DNA from: Armatimonadota bacterium
GTDB lineage: Bacteria; Armatimonadota; Hebobacteria; GCA-020354555; CP070648
DNA length: 64,000 nt
Reading direction: 5' to 3'
NCBI GenBank assembly: GCA_020354555.1
Contig: CP070648.1
Location: forward strand, 2,212,692 to 2,276,691
The translations under genes and the position numbers were made by a program. Every line of letters starts with the position of its first letter. Within the stretch, counting starts at the first letter, position 1. This document shows, in pieces, positions 1 to 9,533 of this stretch. The notes under the pieces are model-generated. The model was not told where the DNA came from. It saw nothing but the letters and a program-made list of their open reading frames with translations, and did no database searches.

Positions 1-213
1 GCCCCGATTATTCATGACGGGCGCAAGCTCCGGGCACACTGCCCGCCGCGATTGCGCCAGCGGTTCACCCGCTTCCGGCGGGCGCACAAGCGTCATGAAT
101 CATCTGCGGGCGAGGACTGTGGCGCGCGCATCAACGATGCCGCCGACCCGCGACAGCCAGGAACAAGGCAAGGTAGGCGCAATGGCACGGCGGTGAAGAG
201 GGATGGGATTCGA

Positions 214-1422
214 ATGCCTGCGGTTCCGAGAGACCAAGTCGGCGTTGCGCTCGACGTGTTCGGCTGCCCGAACCGGTGCTGGCACTGCTATCTCGGCGTG
301 CCGCCAGTCGCGCGCAAGCCGCTGACCGAGGAGGATCTACGCGCGGTCGTCGGGCAAGTTCGCGCCTTCAAACGCCCGGGGGAGCATGAGCCGCTGTGGC
401 GGAAGCTGCGCGTGTCAACCTGGGTGCGCGAGCCCGATTACTCGGACGACTACAAGCGGCTGTACGATCTGGAGAACGAACTCGGCGACGTGCCGTCGCC
501 GCGGGCGGAGTGGGAACTGCTCAGCGTCTGGCGGCTGGCGCGCGACCCGGAGTACGCGGAATGGGCGCACAGCATCGGCGTGCGCGTCTGCCAGATATCG
601 TTCTTCGGACTGGACAAGGTCACCGACTGGGCATACCGCAGGCGCGGCGCGTTCCAGGACGCTATCGTGGCAACCGAGCGACTGCTTGCCGCCGGCATCC
701 GCCCGCGCTGGCAGTGGTTCCTCACGAAGCGCATTATTCCCGATCTGCCCGGGCTGATCAAACTGACCCGTGAGCTGCGGCTGCGTGAGAGATGCGAGGC
801 GCTGGGCGGGCCGTTCACGCTGTTACTGCATTGCCCATCGCCGGACGGTGAAGCGTGGAATCTGGAGCACCTGCGGCCGACGGTTGAGGATGTGACGCAC
901 GTCACCGCGCTGCTGCGCGAGCGCGGCGAACTTGAGATTCTGCGGCCGCTGGGTGAACCCGAGGGCCGCTTGGTGCGTCAACTGATGAGCAACCATCACC
1001 CGGCACTCACGTCCGTGGCCGACGTGGTCCCCGGCGGCTTGTGGCTATTCGTCCTGCCCGGGTCCGACGTGTACTCCAATCTCCTCGGCGAGCTGAGCCC
1101 GGCCTGGCGGCTCGGAAATCTCAGACGTGACGGACCGGCCGCGATCGTTGACGCACTCCAGAACGAGCGACCGCCGGGCCTACAGGCGATGTTCCGCGTG
1201 CCGGTGTCGGACCTCGCACGTCGCTTCGGCCGGCCCTACGGCCGCCGTGTCTACACGGCGGATGACTTGAAGGAGCGCTGGGCGCGGATGTGGGCGAACG
1301 CAGCTTACTCGGCCGAGCCGGGCGGGATGTCACCCCAAGCGCAGCGAGGTTTGCCGGCCTGCGGCGGGAATCTCGGCTCGGGCGAAACATGCCGGCAGCA
1401 TGTGGAAGGGCAGGAACCATGA
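214..1422 (+). CDS. Radical SAM protein (CX3CX2C near N-terminus), unknown subfamily
   Basis: Motif FGCPNRCWHCY (CxxxCxxC) about 20 aa after Met at 214. The stop overlaps the next start (ATGA at 1419-1422). Start chosen at the first Met preceding the radical SAM motif. Confidence 0.55.
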   Translation: MPAVPRDQVGVALDVFGCPNRCWHCYLGVPPVARKPLTEEDLRAVVGQVRAFKRPGEHEPLWRKLRVSTWVREPDYSDDYKRLYDLENELGDVPSPRAEWELLSVWRLARDPEYAEWAHSIGVRVCQISFFGLDKVTDWAYRRRGAFQDAIVATERLLAAGIRPRWQWFLTKRIIPDLPGLIKLTRELRLRERCEALGGPFTLLLHCPSPDGEAWNLEHLRPTVEDVTHVTALLRERGELEILRPLGEPEGRLVRQLMSNHHPALTSVADVVPGGLWLFVLPGSDVYSNLLGELSPAWRLGNLRRDGPAAIVDALQNERPPGLQAMFRVPVSDLARRFGRPYGRRVYTADDLKERWARMWANAAYSAEPGGMSPQAQRGLPACGGNLGSGETCRQHVEGQEP

Positions 1423-2228
1423 CCGACCGAGTCAACATGCGCCAGGCCTGGAACCGGATCTCACCGGGTTACCAGGAGGACTACCAGATTCCGACCGACT
1501 TCGTGCACTATGGGCCGCACTGCCCGAACGAGGATCAGCTTCAATTGATCGGCGACGTGCGCGGCAAGCACGTGCTCGAGATCGGCTGCGGCGGCGGCCA
1601 GTGCGCCGTCGCTTTCGCCAAGCGCGGCGCAATCGCAACCGGCGTTGACATTGCCGACACGCAGATACGATTCGCGCGTGAACTCGCGCGGCGCGAGGGC
1701 GTCGAGGTCACTTTCATCCGTCGCGGCATCGAGGACTTGACGCCGATAGCGGACGCGAGCCAGGAGGTGGTCTTCTCCGCATATGCCGTCAACTACGTCC
1801 GGCGCATTGACCGCTGCTTCGGCGAGGTCGCGCGTGTGCTGCGCCCGGGCGGGCTGTTGGTGTTCAGCGGGTGCCATCCATTCTGGCTATGCCTCGCCGA
1901 AGCGAGGATGGCCGTGGTGACGAGCTACCACGAGCGGACGCCCGATGAATGGGACTGGGAGCGACGCGGCAAGCGGCTCAATGCGGTAGTCAGGGAATAC
2001 CGGCGCACGATCGGCGACTGGCACCGGCTGCTGCGCGAGGCGGGGCTGGAGGTGCTCGACATCATCGAGCCGGAGCCGGTGGAATCCGGCAGCGGCCAGG
2101 ATTGGGGCGGCCACTATTCGCCGAAGCGCCAGCGCATGGTGCCCGCGACGATCATCTGGAAAGCAAGAAGGCCTTTCACGACTCGAGGCGCGCTTCGGCG
2201 ACAGGAGTCAGACGATGAAAGGCCTTGA
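1419..2228 (+). CDS. Class I SAM-dependent methyltransferase
   Basis: Glycine-rich motif I VLEIGCGGGQCAVAFAKRGA, followed by an acidic residue after beta-2 (VDIAD) and a VLRPGGLLVF motif. Translationally coupled to the upstream radical SAM gene. Confidence 0.7.
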   Translation: MTDRVNMRQAWNRISPGYQEDYQIPTDFVHYGPHCPNEDQLQLIGDVRGKHVLEIGCGGGQCAVAFAKRGAIATGVDIADTQIRFARELARREGVEVTFIRRGIEDLTPIADASQEVVFSAYAVNYVRRIDRCFGEVARVLRPGGLLVFSGCHPFWLCLAEARMAVVTSYHERTPDEWDWERRGKRLNAVVREYRRTIGDWHRLLREAGLEVLDIIEPEPVESGSGQDWGGHYSPKRQRMVPATIIWKARRPFTTRGALRRQESDDERP

Positions 2229-3282
2229 TTTGTCTCGCCGCTACTTCAATGGACTGGGGATGCCTGCATTGCAGCGGCTCTTCCCGGAGTGGGTAGATCG
2301 CGTCGCCTGCGGACTCATCGGCGGAGGCTCGGACGTCTGCGGCTACGACGACGGGGTCTCGCGCGACCACAATTGGGGGCCGCGGTTCTGGGTCGTCCTG
2401 CGCCCGGAGGATTACGCCAACATCGGCGAGCGCATGCAGGAGGTGCTGCTCGCCGGACTTCCGGAGCAATTCGAGGGGCACCGCATTCGCGGATTCCCTC
2501 CCGGCGCGGGGGAGCGTCACGTCAGGGTGTGGGACCTACGCGCGCTGTGCGAATCCATGCTCGGCTATCCGGAGGTTCCCGACGACGACCTCTCGTGGCT
2601 GGGGGTACCGGAGCAGAAGCTGTTCGAGATCCACGCGGGAGAGGTGTGGCACGATCCGCAGCGCCTGCTCGTCGGACTGCGCGAGCACACCGCGTACTTC
2701 CCCGAGATGGTGTGGCGCAAGCGCATGGCGTTTCTGTGGGAAGGTCTATTCTTCGCCGACAACTTCGTGCGCTGCGCCCTTCGCGGCGAGCGGGTCGCGG
2801 AGCAGATGTACCTGGCGTGGGCGCTCCACTGCATCATGCGCACAGCGTTCTTGCTCAACCGGCGCTACGCGCCCTACCGCAAGTGGCTGCATCGCGCGTT
2901 TCGGGAATTGCCCCTCCTGGCGGATGAACTCGACCCGCGGCTGGCGCGCATGATGGACGGCCCTTCGCCGCAGGAGAAAGCCGATGCGTTCCGCGGGGCG
3001 CTCGAAATCCTCGGCAGGGCGACCAATGACCTGGGCATCATCGCGCGTCAGGCGTTCGAGAGTGACGAGTCCTTCGGCGTCGCGTTCAACTTCTATGGTT
3101 TCGCGACCGCCATCCAGGGGACGATCACCGGCCCTCTCGCCAAGCTCTCATACGCCGAGGGCGCGCCCGACCAGTGGGCATTTGACCTCGGCACGGCCAG
3201 GCCGCTGCGGTACCCCGACATCGTGCGCGCGCTGTTTCCCGACGCCTGTCGGAGAGACACGAGCGATCCCTCAGCGCAGTGA
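2215..3282 (+). CDS. Conserved hypothetical protein, DUF4037-like (from memory of the motif SRDHNWGPRFW)
   Basis: Overlaps the end of the methyltransferase gene by 14 nt, so it is the third gene of the same operon. Family assignment rests on recollection only. Confidence 0.45.
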   Translation: MKGLDLSRRYFNGLGMPALQRLFPEWVDRVACGLIGGGSDVCGYDDGVSRDHNWGPRFWVVLRPEDYANIGERMQEVLLAGLPEQFEGHRIRGFPPGAGERHVRVWDLRALCESMLGYPEVPDDDLSWLGVPEQKLFEIHAGEVWHDPQRLLVGLREHTAYFPEMVWRKRMAFLWEGLFFADNFVRCALRGERVAEQMYLAWALHCIMRTAFLLNRRYAPYRKWLHRAFRELPLLADELDPRLARMMDGPSPQEKADAFRGALEILGRATNDLGIIARQAFESDESFGVAFNFYGFATAIQGTITGPLAKLSYAEGAPDQWAFDLGTARPLRYPDIVRALFPDACRRDTSDPSAQ

Positions 3283-3370
3283 GCGCGTGCCTGGCGCAGT
3301 TCGGCCGCGTGGGGTAAGCGGATGGCGTGCCCGCCCTGCCGCTGATTTGATTGTTCGCTGATTCTGTTGT

Positions 3371-5497
3371 ATGCTCTTGATATCGTGGGTCGTGCACCCG
3401 CGCACCCCGGCGTCCGCACCACACTCCCAGTGCGAGCGCGCCATGAGTTGTCCAAGGCATGTGATGGATTCCAGTACCGCCAGACTAGGCCGCGAACCGG
3501 TGCGCCTGCGGGCGCTGCGGTTCTTCCATGAGTCGAACACCACGGGTCCGATTCTACTCGCACTGGTGGTGGGCCTCGGCGCCGGCCTCGGCGCGGTAGC
3601 GTTCCGTTGGCTGATTACGTCAATCAACCGGCTGTTCTTCAGCGGCCTGGGCGGCACGCTGTTTCCCGTCCTGGGGCGGTTCAACGTCGTGGTGATCCCC
3701 GCGGCGGGCGGAGTGATCGTCGGGCTGCTGACATATTACCTGGCGCGAGAGGCCAAGGGCCACGGCGTGCCGGAGGTGATGGCGGCGGTGAGCCTGCGCG
3801 GTGGGCGCATCCGGCCGCGGGTTTCGGTGATCAAAGCGCTGGCATCCTCGGTGTGTATCGGCTCCGGCGGATCGGCGGGACGCGAGGGGCCGATCGTGCA
3901 GATCGGCTCGGCCCTCGGCTCGACCCTCGCCCAGGTGCTGTCGCTCGCCGCGTCGCGGACGCGCCTTTTGGTGGCGTGCGGCGCCGCGGGAGGGATATCC
4001 GCTACCTTCAATGCGCCCATCGCCGGGGTCATCTTCGCGCTCGAAGTCATCCTGCGCGAATTCACGGCGCGCTACTTCGGGTTGGTCGTGCTTTCATCAG
4101 TCGCCGCGGCGGCGGTGTCACAGAGCATCCTCGGCGATTACCCCGCCTTCCGCAGTCCGCAGTATTCGCTGGTCAGCGTATGGGAACTGCCGTTGTACTT
4201 CGCGCTCGGCATGGTAGCAGCGGCGGTCGCCCTCCTGTTCGTGCGCGGCCTGTACGGCATAGAGGACATCGCCGACCGGTGGAAGTTCCCGGAGTACCTG
4301 AAACCGGCGGTCGGCGGCTTGCTCGTTGGCCTCATCGGCGTATGGTATCCCCAAGTGTTTGGCGTCGGATACGAGACGATTGATGCTGCGCTCATCCACA
4401 AGCTGACGCTGGGCACCGCGCTGGCGCTGGTGGCATTGAAGCTGCTCGCCACGTCGCTCACGATCGGCTCGGGCGGATCGGGGGGCGTGTTCGCGCCGTC
4501 GCTGTTCCTCGGCGCGATGACCGGCAGCGCCTTCGGCGAGATCGTTCACCGGTGGTTGCCGGACATCACAGCCCAGTCCGGAGCATATGCCCTGGTCGGC
4601 ATGGCAGCGGTTTTTGCCGGCGCCGCGCACGCGCCCATCACCTCAGTGCTGATCCTCTTCGAGATGACCCGGGACTACCACATCATCTTGCCGCTGATGA
4701 TCGCCGTCGTGGTGAGCACGCTGCTCTCGGAGGCCTTGAGCCGGGAATCCATCTACACCATCAAGCTCGTGCGCCGCGGCATAGACATCAGCGGCCGCGC
4801 GACCGGCAATCCGCTGGAGCGCATACCCGTGTCCGAGGCCATGACCCCCGATGTCGCCACCATCCCTGATTCGGCGACCGTGGAGGAGTTGATCTCCCGC
4901 ATCGAGAGCACGGGCGAGCACGGCCTGCCGGTGGTGGACGACCGAGGCCGCCTCACCGGAATCGTGAGTGTGTCCGACATCACCGATGCCGGCCCCGACG
5001 CCGGCGACCGCGTCGGCGACATCGCGACCCTGGCGCCCGCAACCGTTCACCCCGACGACCCGCTCAGCGAAGCCGCCAAGCGGTTCGCGTCCCTCGACGT
5101 CGCCCAGCTTCCCGTCGTTGATCGCCTGCGACCCGACCGGCTCGTCGGCATGCTGCGTCGGCGCGACATTATCAGGACCTACGGCCAGGCAACTGCGGAC
5201 CAGTCGGCCCTGCGCCAGCGCGTCGAGCAGATGAAGGTTGCTTCGCCCGGCGCGCGCTTCGTGCACCTGCGACTGGCGGAGAAATCGCCAGGCGTCGGCA
5301 AGCACCTCGCAGAACTTGACCTCCCGGGGGAGTCCGTCATCGTGTCGGTCGAGCGCGGGGGGCGGATTCTGTTCCCGCACGGCGATACCGACCTGCGGCC
5401 CGGAGATCGCGTGGTCGCCTTCACTAGTGCCGGGGCGGAGAAGGCGGTGCGCGCGGCGCTTGCCGGCGAACCGAGTGCAAGTCGCGCGCGGGAGTAA
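3371..5497 (+). CDS. ClC-family chloride channel/antiporter with C-terminal CBS pair and TrkA-C (RCK_C) domain
   Basis: GSGGSAGREGP and GREGPIVQIGSALG selectivity-filter motifs; many TM segments; CBS-like repeats; terminal TrkA-C-like segment (RFVHLRL...PGDRVV). Start is uncertain: ATG at 3371, 3443 and 3464 are all possible. Confidence 0.7.
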   Translation: MLLISWVVHPRTPASAPHSQCERAMSCPRHVMDSSTARLGREPVRLRALRFFHESNTTGPILLALVVGLGAGLGAVAFRWLITSINRLFFSGLGGTLFPVLGRFNVVVIPAAGGVIVGLLTYYLAREAKGHGVPEVMAAVSLRGGRIRPRVSVIKALASSVCIGSGGSAGREGPIVQIGSALGSTLAQVLSLAASRTRLLVACGAAGGISATFNAPIAGVIFALEVILREFTARYFGLVVLSSVAAAAVSQSILGDYPAFRSPQYSLVSVWELPLYFALGMVAAAVALLFVRGLYGIEDIADRWKFPEYLKPAVGGLLVGLIGVWYPQVFGVGYETIDAALIHKLTLGTALALVALKLLATSLTIGSGGSGGVFAPSLFLGAMTGSAFGEIVHRWLPDITAQSGAYALVGMAAVFAGAAHAPITSVLILFEMTRDYHIILPLMIAVVVSTLLSEALSRESIYTIKLVRRGIDISGRATGNPLERIPVSEAMTPDVATIPDSATVEELISRIESTGEHGLPVVDDRGRLTGIVSVSDITDAGPDAGDRVGDIATLAPATVHPDDPLSEAAKRFASLDVAQLPVVDRLRPDRLVGMLRRRDIIRTYGQATADQSALRQRVEQMKVASPGARFVHLRLAEKSPGVGKHLAELDLPGESVIVSVERGGRILFPHGDTDLRPGDRVVAFTSAGAEKAVRAALAGEPSASRARE

Positions 5498-5504
5498 ACG
5501 AGCC

Positions 5505-6788
5505 ATGCGCCTGGAATTGCGAGAAGTCAGCGCGGCGTATAACGGCGAGCCGGTGATTGCCGACATCTCGCTGGGCGTGTCCGACGGCGAGTTCGTCGGC
5601 CTCGTTGGACCCAACGGCTCCGGCAAATCAACCGTCGTTCGCGTGATGAGCCGCGTGCTGCGGCCGCAATCGGGAGAGGCGCTGCTCGACGGCGGCGACA
5701 TCTTCCGCATGCCGAGCGCGCAGGTCGCGCGCCACATCGCCGTCGTGCCACAGGATTCGAGCTACTACTTTGATTACTCAGTGACCGAGATCGTGCTCAT
5801 GGGGCGGTCGCCGCACATGGGGCGATTCGCGCTGGAGGGCGCGCAGGACTACGCGGCCGCGGAGCGGGCGATGCAGCTTACCGGGATCGCCCACCTTGCC
5901 CAGCGCCCGGTCACCGCGACCTCCGGCGGGGAGCGGCAGCGAGTCGCGATCGCGCGCGCGTTGGCGGCGGATCCGCAGTTACTCATCCTCGACGAGCCGA
6001 CTGCGCACCTCGACATCAACCATCAGATCGAGGTGCTCGACCTCGTGCGCGCGTTGAATCGCGAGCAGCGAGTGGCGGTCGTCGTCGTCATGCACGACCT
6101 CAATCTGGCCGCGCAGTACTGCGGGCGGATGCTCCTGCTGCACCAGGGGCGGCCGCTCGCCGAAGGGCCGCCGCAGACGGTCATCACGGCGCAGCACGTG
6201 CGCCACGCGTACGGGACTGAAGTCGCCGTGAAGAGCCACCCCGTCACCGGGCGGCCGTACTTCACGCTGCTCTCGCGCCTGCCGATTACCGCGCGGCGCG
6301 AGGGCTTGGCGGTGCACGTCATCTGCGGGGCGGGGACAGGCACCGAGCTGATGGAGCGGCTGATCGCGACGGGCTGCCGCGTCTCGGCGGGCGTGCTGAA
6401 CGTTGAGGATTCGGACCAACAGACGGCGGAGCGGCTCGCGCTGCCGCGCGCAGAAGAGGCGCCGTTCAGTCCCATTTCCGACGACGCCCAGCGCGAGAAC
6501 GCGCGACTGATCGAAGTCGCGCGGGCGGTGGTCGTGACGCCGATCCCCGTCGGGGCCGGCAACCTGGCGAATCTCGAAGCGGCGCTCGCCGCGGCGCGGG
6601 CGGACAAGCGGGTTATCATCGTCAACTCGCCGCCGATTGAGGAGCGTGACTTCGCGCAAGGACGCGCCGCGGACCTCCAGCGCGAGATCGAAGCGGCCGG
6701 CGCTGAGGTCGTCCGAGGCATCGAAGACGCGGTCCGGCTGGTGGCGCGGGAAGCAGACGCCCCCGCTTCCGGCGGAGGCGGCACGTGA
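5505..6788 (+). CDS. FecE/BtuD-type ABC transporter ATP-binding protein fused to an unknown ~170-aa C-terminal domain
   Basis: Walker A GPNGSGKST, Q-loop, signature SGGERQRV, Walker B LLILDEP and H-loop in the first ~260 aa. The extra C-terminal region (HVICGAGTGTELMERL...) is Rossmann-like. No permease or substrate-binding gene lies adjacent. Confidence 0.7.
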   Translation: MRLELREVSAAYNGEPVIADISLGVSDGEFVGLVGPNGSGKSTVVRVMSRVLRPQSGEALLDGGDIFRMPSAQVARHIAVVPQDSSYYFDYSVTEIVLMGRSPHMGRFALEGAQDYAAAERAMQLTGIAHLAQRPVTATSGGERQRVAIARALAADPQLLILDEPTAHLDINHQIEVLDLVRALNREQRVAVVVVMHDLNLAAQYCGRMLLLHQGRPLAEGPPQTVITAQHVRHAYGTEVAVKSHPVTGRPYFTLLSRLPITARREGLAVHVICGAGTGTELMERLIATGCRVSAGVLNVEDSDQQTAERLALPRAEEAPFSPISDDAQRENARLIEVARAVVVTPIPVGAGNLANLEAALAAARADKRVIIVNSPPIEERDFAQGRAADLQREIEAAGAEVVRGIEDAVRLVAREADAPASGGGGT

Positions 6789-7540
6789 AGGCGTGCTGGC
6801 GGCTGTTGGACACGGGCACCGCTGCGGGCGACTGGAACATGGCGCTCGACCGGGCGCTACTGTAGGGGGGCGCTGTGGAGAGCGCGCGGCCGATTCTGTG
6901 GTTTTATTCCTGGGCGACGCCGACGCTGTCGTTCGGCCGCCTCCAGCACCCCGCGGAGGAACTGCTGCGGCGGTGCCGCGAGGCGGAGGTCCCCGCAGTG
7001 CGGCGACCCACCGGCGGCAAGGCAATCTTGCATCACCGCGAGGTCACGTTCAGCATCATTGCGAGCGCAGCCGGCTTCGGCTCAGTGATAGATTCGTACC
7101 GCATATTCGCGCGCGCTATCGCTGCCGGCCTCGCGAGACTCGGCGTCGAGGCAACGCTGTGCGAGCCGCATAGCCCCGCACGCGACGCGACCTTGCTCTG
7201 CTTTGCTGCGGCGGCGGAGTGCGACCTCGAGGTGGACGGGAAGAAGCTCGTCGGCAGCGCCCAGGCGCGCCGCGGAGGCGCGCTCTTGCAGCAGAATTCC
7301 CTGCCGCTGGCTCTGTCGCACGAACTGAAGGGGCACCTGTTCGGCGAAGAGGCGGCCGAGGAGGCGCGCATCGCGACCGACCTGACCGCAGCGCTGAGCC
7401 GCGAGCCGTCCTTCGGCGAAGTCCGGGACGCCATCGTCGCCGGCTTCGAGCAAGAGCTGGGGGCGGTCTTCGAGTCGTCCCTTCCGAGCCCAGAGGAATC
7501 CCAGACTGCGGAGAGTACACGACAGGCGGTGGCGATGTGA
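6785..7540 (+). pseudogene. Lipoate-protein ligase / octanoyltransferase family (BPL_LplA_LipB) gene interrupted by an in-frame TAG at 6863-6865; alternatively a truncated CDS from GTG 6875
   Basis: Codons 6785-6862 encode VKACWRLLDTGTAAGDWNMALDRALL, the canonical LplA/LipB N-terminus. After the TAG the same frame continues with GGAVESARPILWFYSWATPTLSFGRLQ...RRPTGGKAILHHREVTFS...VDGKKLVGSAQ. GTG 6785 overlaps the ABC gene stop (GTGA). Confidence 0.5.
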
Positions 7541-7768
7541 CCGCTCACGTCGCAGGTACTGCACTACCCGCCCACATGTCCGTTACGCGCCGAGCTCGAT
7601 GACGGCCTGCGCCAGCTTTCGCCGTCGCCGGCAATGCGACGCCACGGTGAAGCAGTCTCCTCGGCATCCATGCCCCACGGGCTGTCGCGCCTTGTGGGCA
7701 ATGGCTGGCACGGGCGAGTCGGGTGGCAGCCCGGACCGAGATGATCACCAGAGGCGATCTGCGGCGGG

Positions 7769-8590
7769 CTACTTCTGGAGATGCTCTTTGCTGCGGGTGT
7801 AAGCGAGGGGTGCGTCGGCGCGGCGCCCGGCCATCAGATCGGCGGCGAGGGCGGCGTCCTCGCGCAGCTCTTCGGGTGACAGCACGCCGATGGCCACGGT
7901 GTCAATGGGCTTGACGCGATCGTAGACGAAGGTCAAGCCCGGCGCCGGGGTCAGGCGGCCGGCGGCGAGCGGCTTGATGATGATCAGCGGCTTGGGGCAT
8001 TGGTTGATGAGATGCGCCTGCCACTCGACTTCGACCGGGCAGAGGAACCCGAGGACGTTGAAGGGCAGGATGAACGTCTCGACATCGTAGCCGCGCTCGA
8101 CGGCGATGGGCAGCACCTCGGGCCGATGCGTGGAGACGCCGGGAACCATCCCCGCCTGGCGGATGTAGTCGAGCACCTCGGCGAGCCCGGCTACTTCGCG
8201 TTCGCCGAGGTGCAGGTGCGCCTCGATCCATGAGGTGTGGGGGAGGCAAATCTCGGCCCCGAGGCGTGCGGTTCGGTCGGTGTCCGCCTTGAGGTCCTTG
8301 AGGTCGCTGCCGGCCGGTGTGCACGCCCAGTAGATGTGGTGGCCGGTTTCATCCTCGAGTCGTCGGCGCAGATCGGCGAAACGCTGCTGTGTGCCGCTGA
8401 CGAACAGGTTGACGCCGAGTTCGGCCGCGACCTGCAGCACCTCGTAGATGCGCTCATCGGTGAAATAGCGCTTGAGCCATGTGTCCTGGGCGGGCGACTT
8501 GTGGGAGAACCCGAAGAACGGGTTGCTGCCGAGCGTCAGCCGCGAGACTTCGATGCCGCCGATGGTCGTCGTCGCAAAAGCCACGGCCAC
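7769..8590 (-). CDS. Hypothetical protein with aldo/keto-reductase-like N-terminus (TIM-barrel-like, divergent or truncated)
   Basis: N-terminus VAVAFATTTIGGIEVSRLTLGSNPFFG...EVLQVAAELGVNLF resembles the AKR start, but the protein is only 273 aa. GTG start; stop is TAG. Confidence 0.3.
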   Translation of the reverse strand: MAVAFATTTIGGIEVSRLTLGSNPFFGFSHKSPAQDTWLKRYFTDERIYEVLQVAAELGVNLFVSGTQQRFADLRRRLEDETGHHIYWACTPAGSDLKDLKADTDRTARLGAEICLPHTSWIEAHLHLGEREVAGLAEVLDYIRQAGMVPGVSTHRPEVLPIAVERGYDVETFILPFNVLGFLCPVEVEWQAHLINQCPKPLIIIKPLAAGRLTPAPGLTFVYDRVKPIDTVAIGVLSPEELREDAALAADLMAGRRADAPLAYTRSKEHLQK

Positions 8591-8636
8591 TCCTCACGAT
8601 TCGAGATGAGCCGACTGTGCCCGCCGCCGGGGCCGA

Positions 8637-9242
8637 TCATCCCCGCATGCGATAGGCGTAGAGCTTGCGGCCGCCGTCGCTGAGGGAATAGCCCAACCCC
8701 GGGTCGGCGCGGACGATGCCGAGTTCGACCAGCACCCTCATCTTGCGGCGCACCATGTCCTGGTCGGTGTCGAGCGCCTGGGCCAGCTCGCCCGGACGCA
8801 TCCAGCGCTTCTTAGTCAGCGCGGCGATAAAGAAGCGCGTCCACTCGCCCTCGTAGGACTGTACGTCTATGTGCGCGAGGCTGCGGTCGAGGCGCCGCAG
8901 GTCTTCCTCCCCAAGCTGGCCGACTCGCACGCGCTCGGCGTCATCTCCGAGATACTGGAGGCGGATGCGATAGGTGCTGTCGCGCTCGAAGTTGGCCTTC
9001 GGATTGCGGTCGGTGTACCGGCGCTGCCAGTCCGCGAGCGATTCCGCGCCGGCAGCGCGCGCATCGTCTTCCGTCACGTCGGCCAAGGTGACCCGAGACA
9101 CGTCCTCGATGAATATGTCGCCGAGGCCGCTCACGTGATAACGCTTGCCGGAGTTGACTCGCGGGCCGTTCCAGTTGCGGAAGGCGACGGTCACGCGTCC
9201 GTCTTTGATGCCTTCGTGAAGGGCTTTATCGAACAGGAGCAC
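8637..9242 (-). CDS. ASCH-domain (PUA-like) protein with C-terminal winged-helix-like region
   Basis: N-terminus MLLFDKALHEGIKDGRVTVAFRNW matches the ASCH signature. C-terminal MVRRKMRVLVELGIVRA is wHTH-like. Confidence 0.45.
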   Translation of the reverse strand: MLLFDKALHEGIKDGRVTVAFRNWNGPRVNSGKRYHVSGLGDIFIEDVSRVTLADVTEDDARAAGAESLADWQRRYTDRNPKANFERDSTYRIRLQYLGDDAERVRVGQLGEEDLRRLDRSLAHIDVQSYEGEWTRFFIAALTKKRWMRPGELAQALDTDQDMVRRKMRVLVELGIVRADPGLGYSLSDGGRKLYAYRMRG

Positions 9243-9505
9243 TGCGGCAACACTCCCTTTGAATCTTGTGCCGCCCCGTCGGTGGCTCCCGAACGGAGCG
9301 GCTCGCTATTCTATATATTCCGCGCTACGGTATGCGTTCATTCAACAATTTTGCAGTTTCGCGTCGCGGCACGCGCCAAACCCCGAGGCCGACAGCCCGC
9401 GCAGTGGCCGTATTTCCGGCAACGAGCCCGACGGCCGGCACAGGTGGAATCGGGCGGTGCGGCAGGGTCGCGGTACCTGCGCGGGGAGCGGCCCCATTCA
9501 TGGAG

Positions 9506-9533
9506 AGGGCCGAAGCTTCGCGAAGCTTCGGCC
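9506..9533. repeat. Perfect 28-bp palindrome GGGCCGAAGCTTCGCGAAGCTTCGGCCC between lepB and the ASCH gene
   Basis: Read directly. The second half is the exact reverse complement of the first. It lies just upstream of an AT-rich promoter-like stretch for the ASCH gene. Could be a terminator hairpin for lepB or a protein-binding site. Confidence 0.6.

Noticed and set aside
3283-3370. Fluoride (crcB) riboswitch upstream of the ClC gene, prompted by the direct repeats gctgatt…gctgatt
   Set aside because: This ClC is the long CBS/TrkA-C-containing type, not a ClC-F. The sequence lacks the conserved GGCGATGG…CTAATGAC…CCTAC pseudoknot elements.
14-8324. Numerous overlapping antisense or alternative-frame ORFs in the track (e.g. 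386..757, 2289..2927, 7116..7520, 7902..8324)
   Set aside because: These are Arg/Ala/Pro-rich translations typical of off-frame reading of high-GC coding DNA. Each overlaps a gene with clear homology support.
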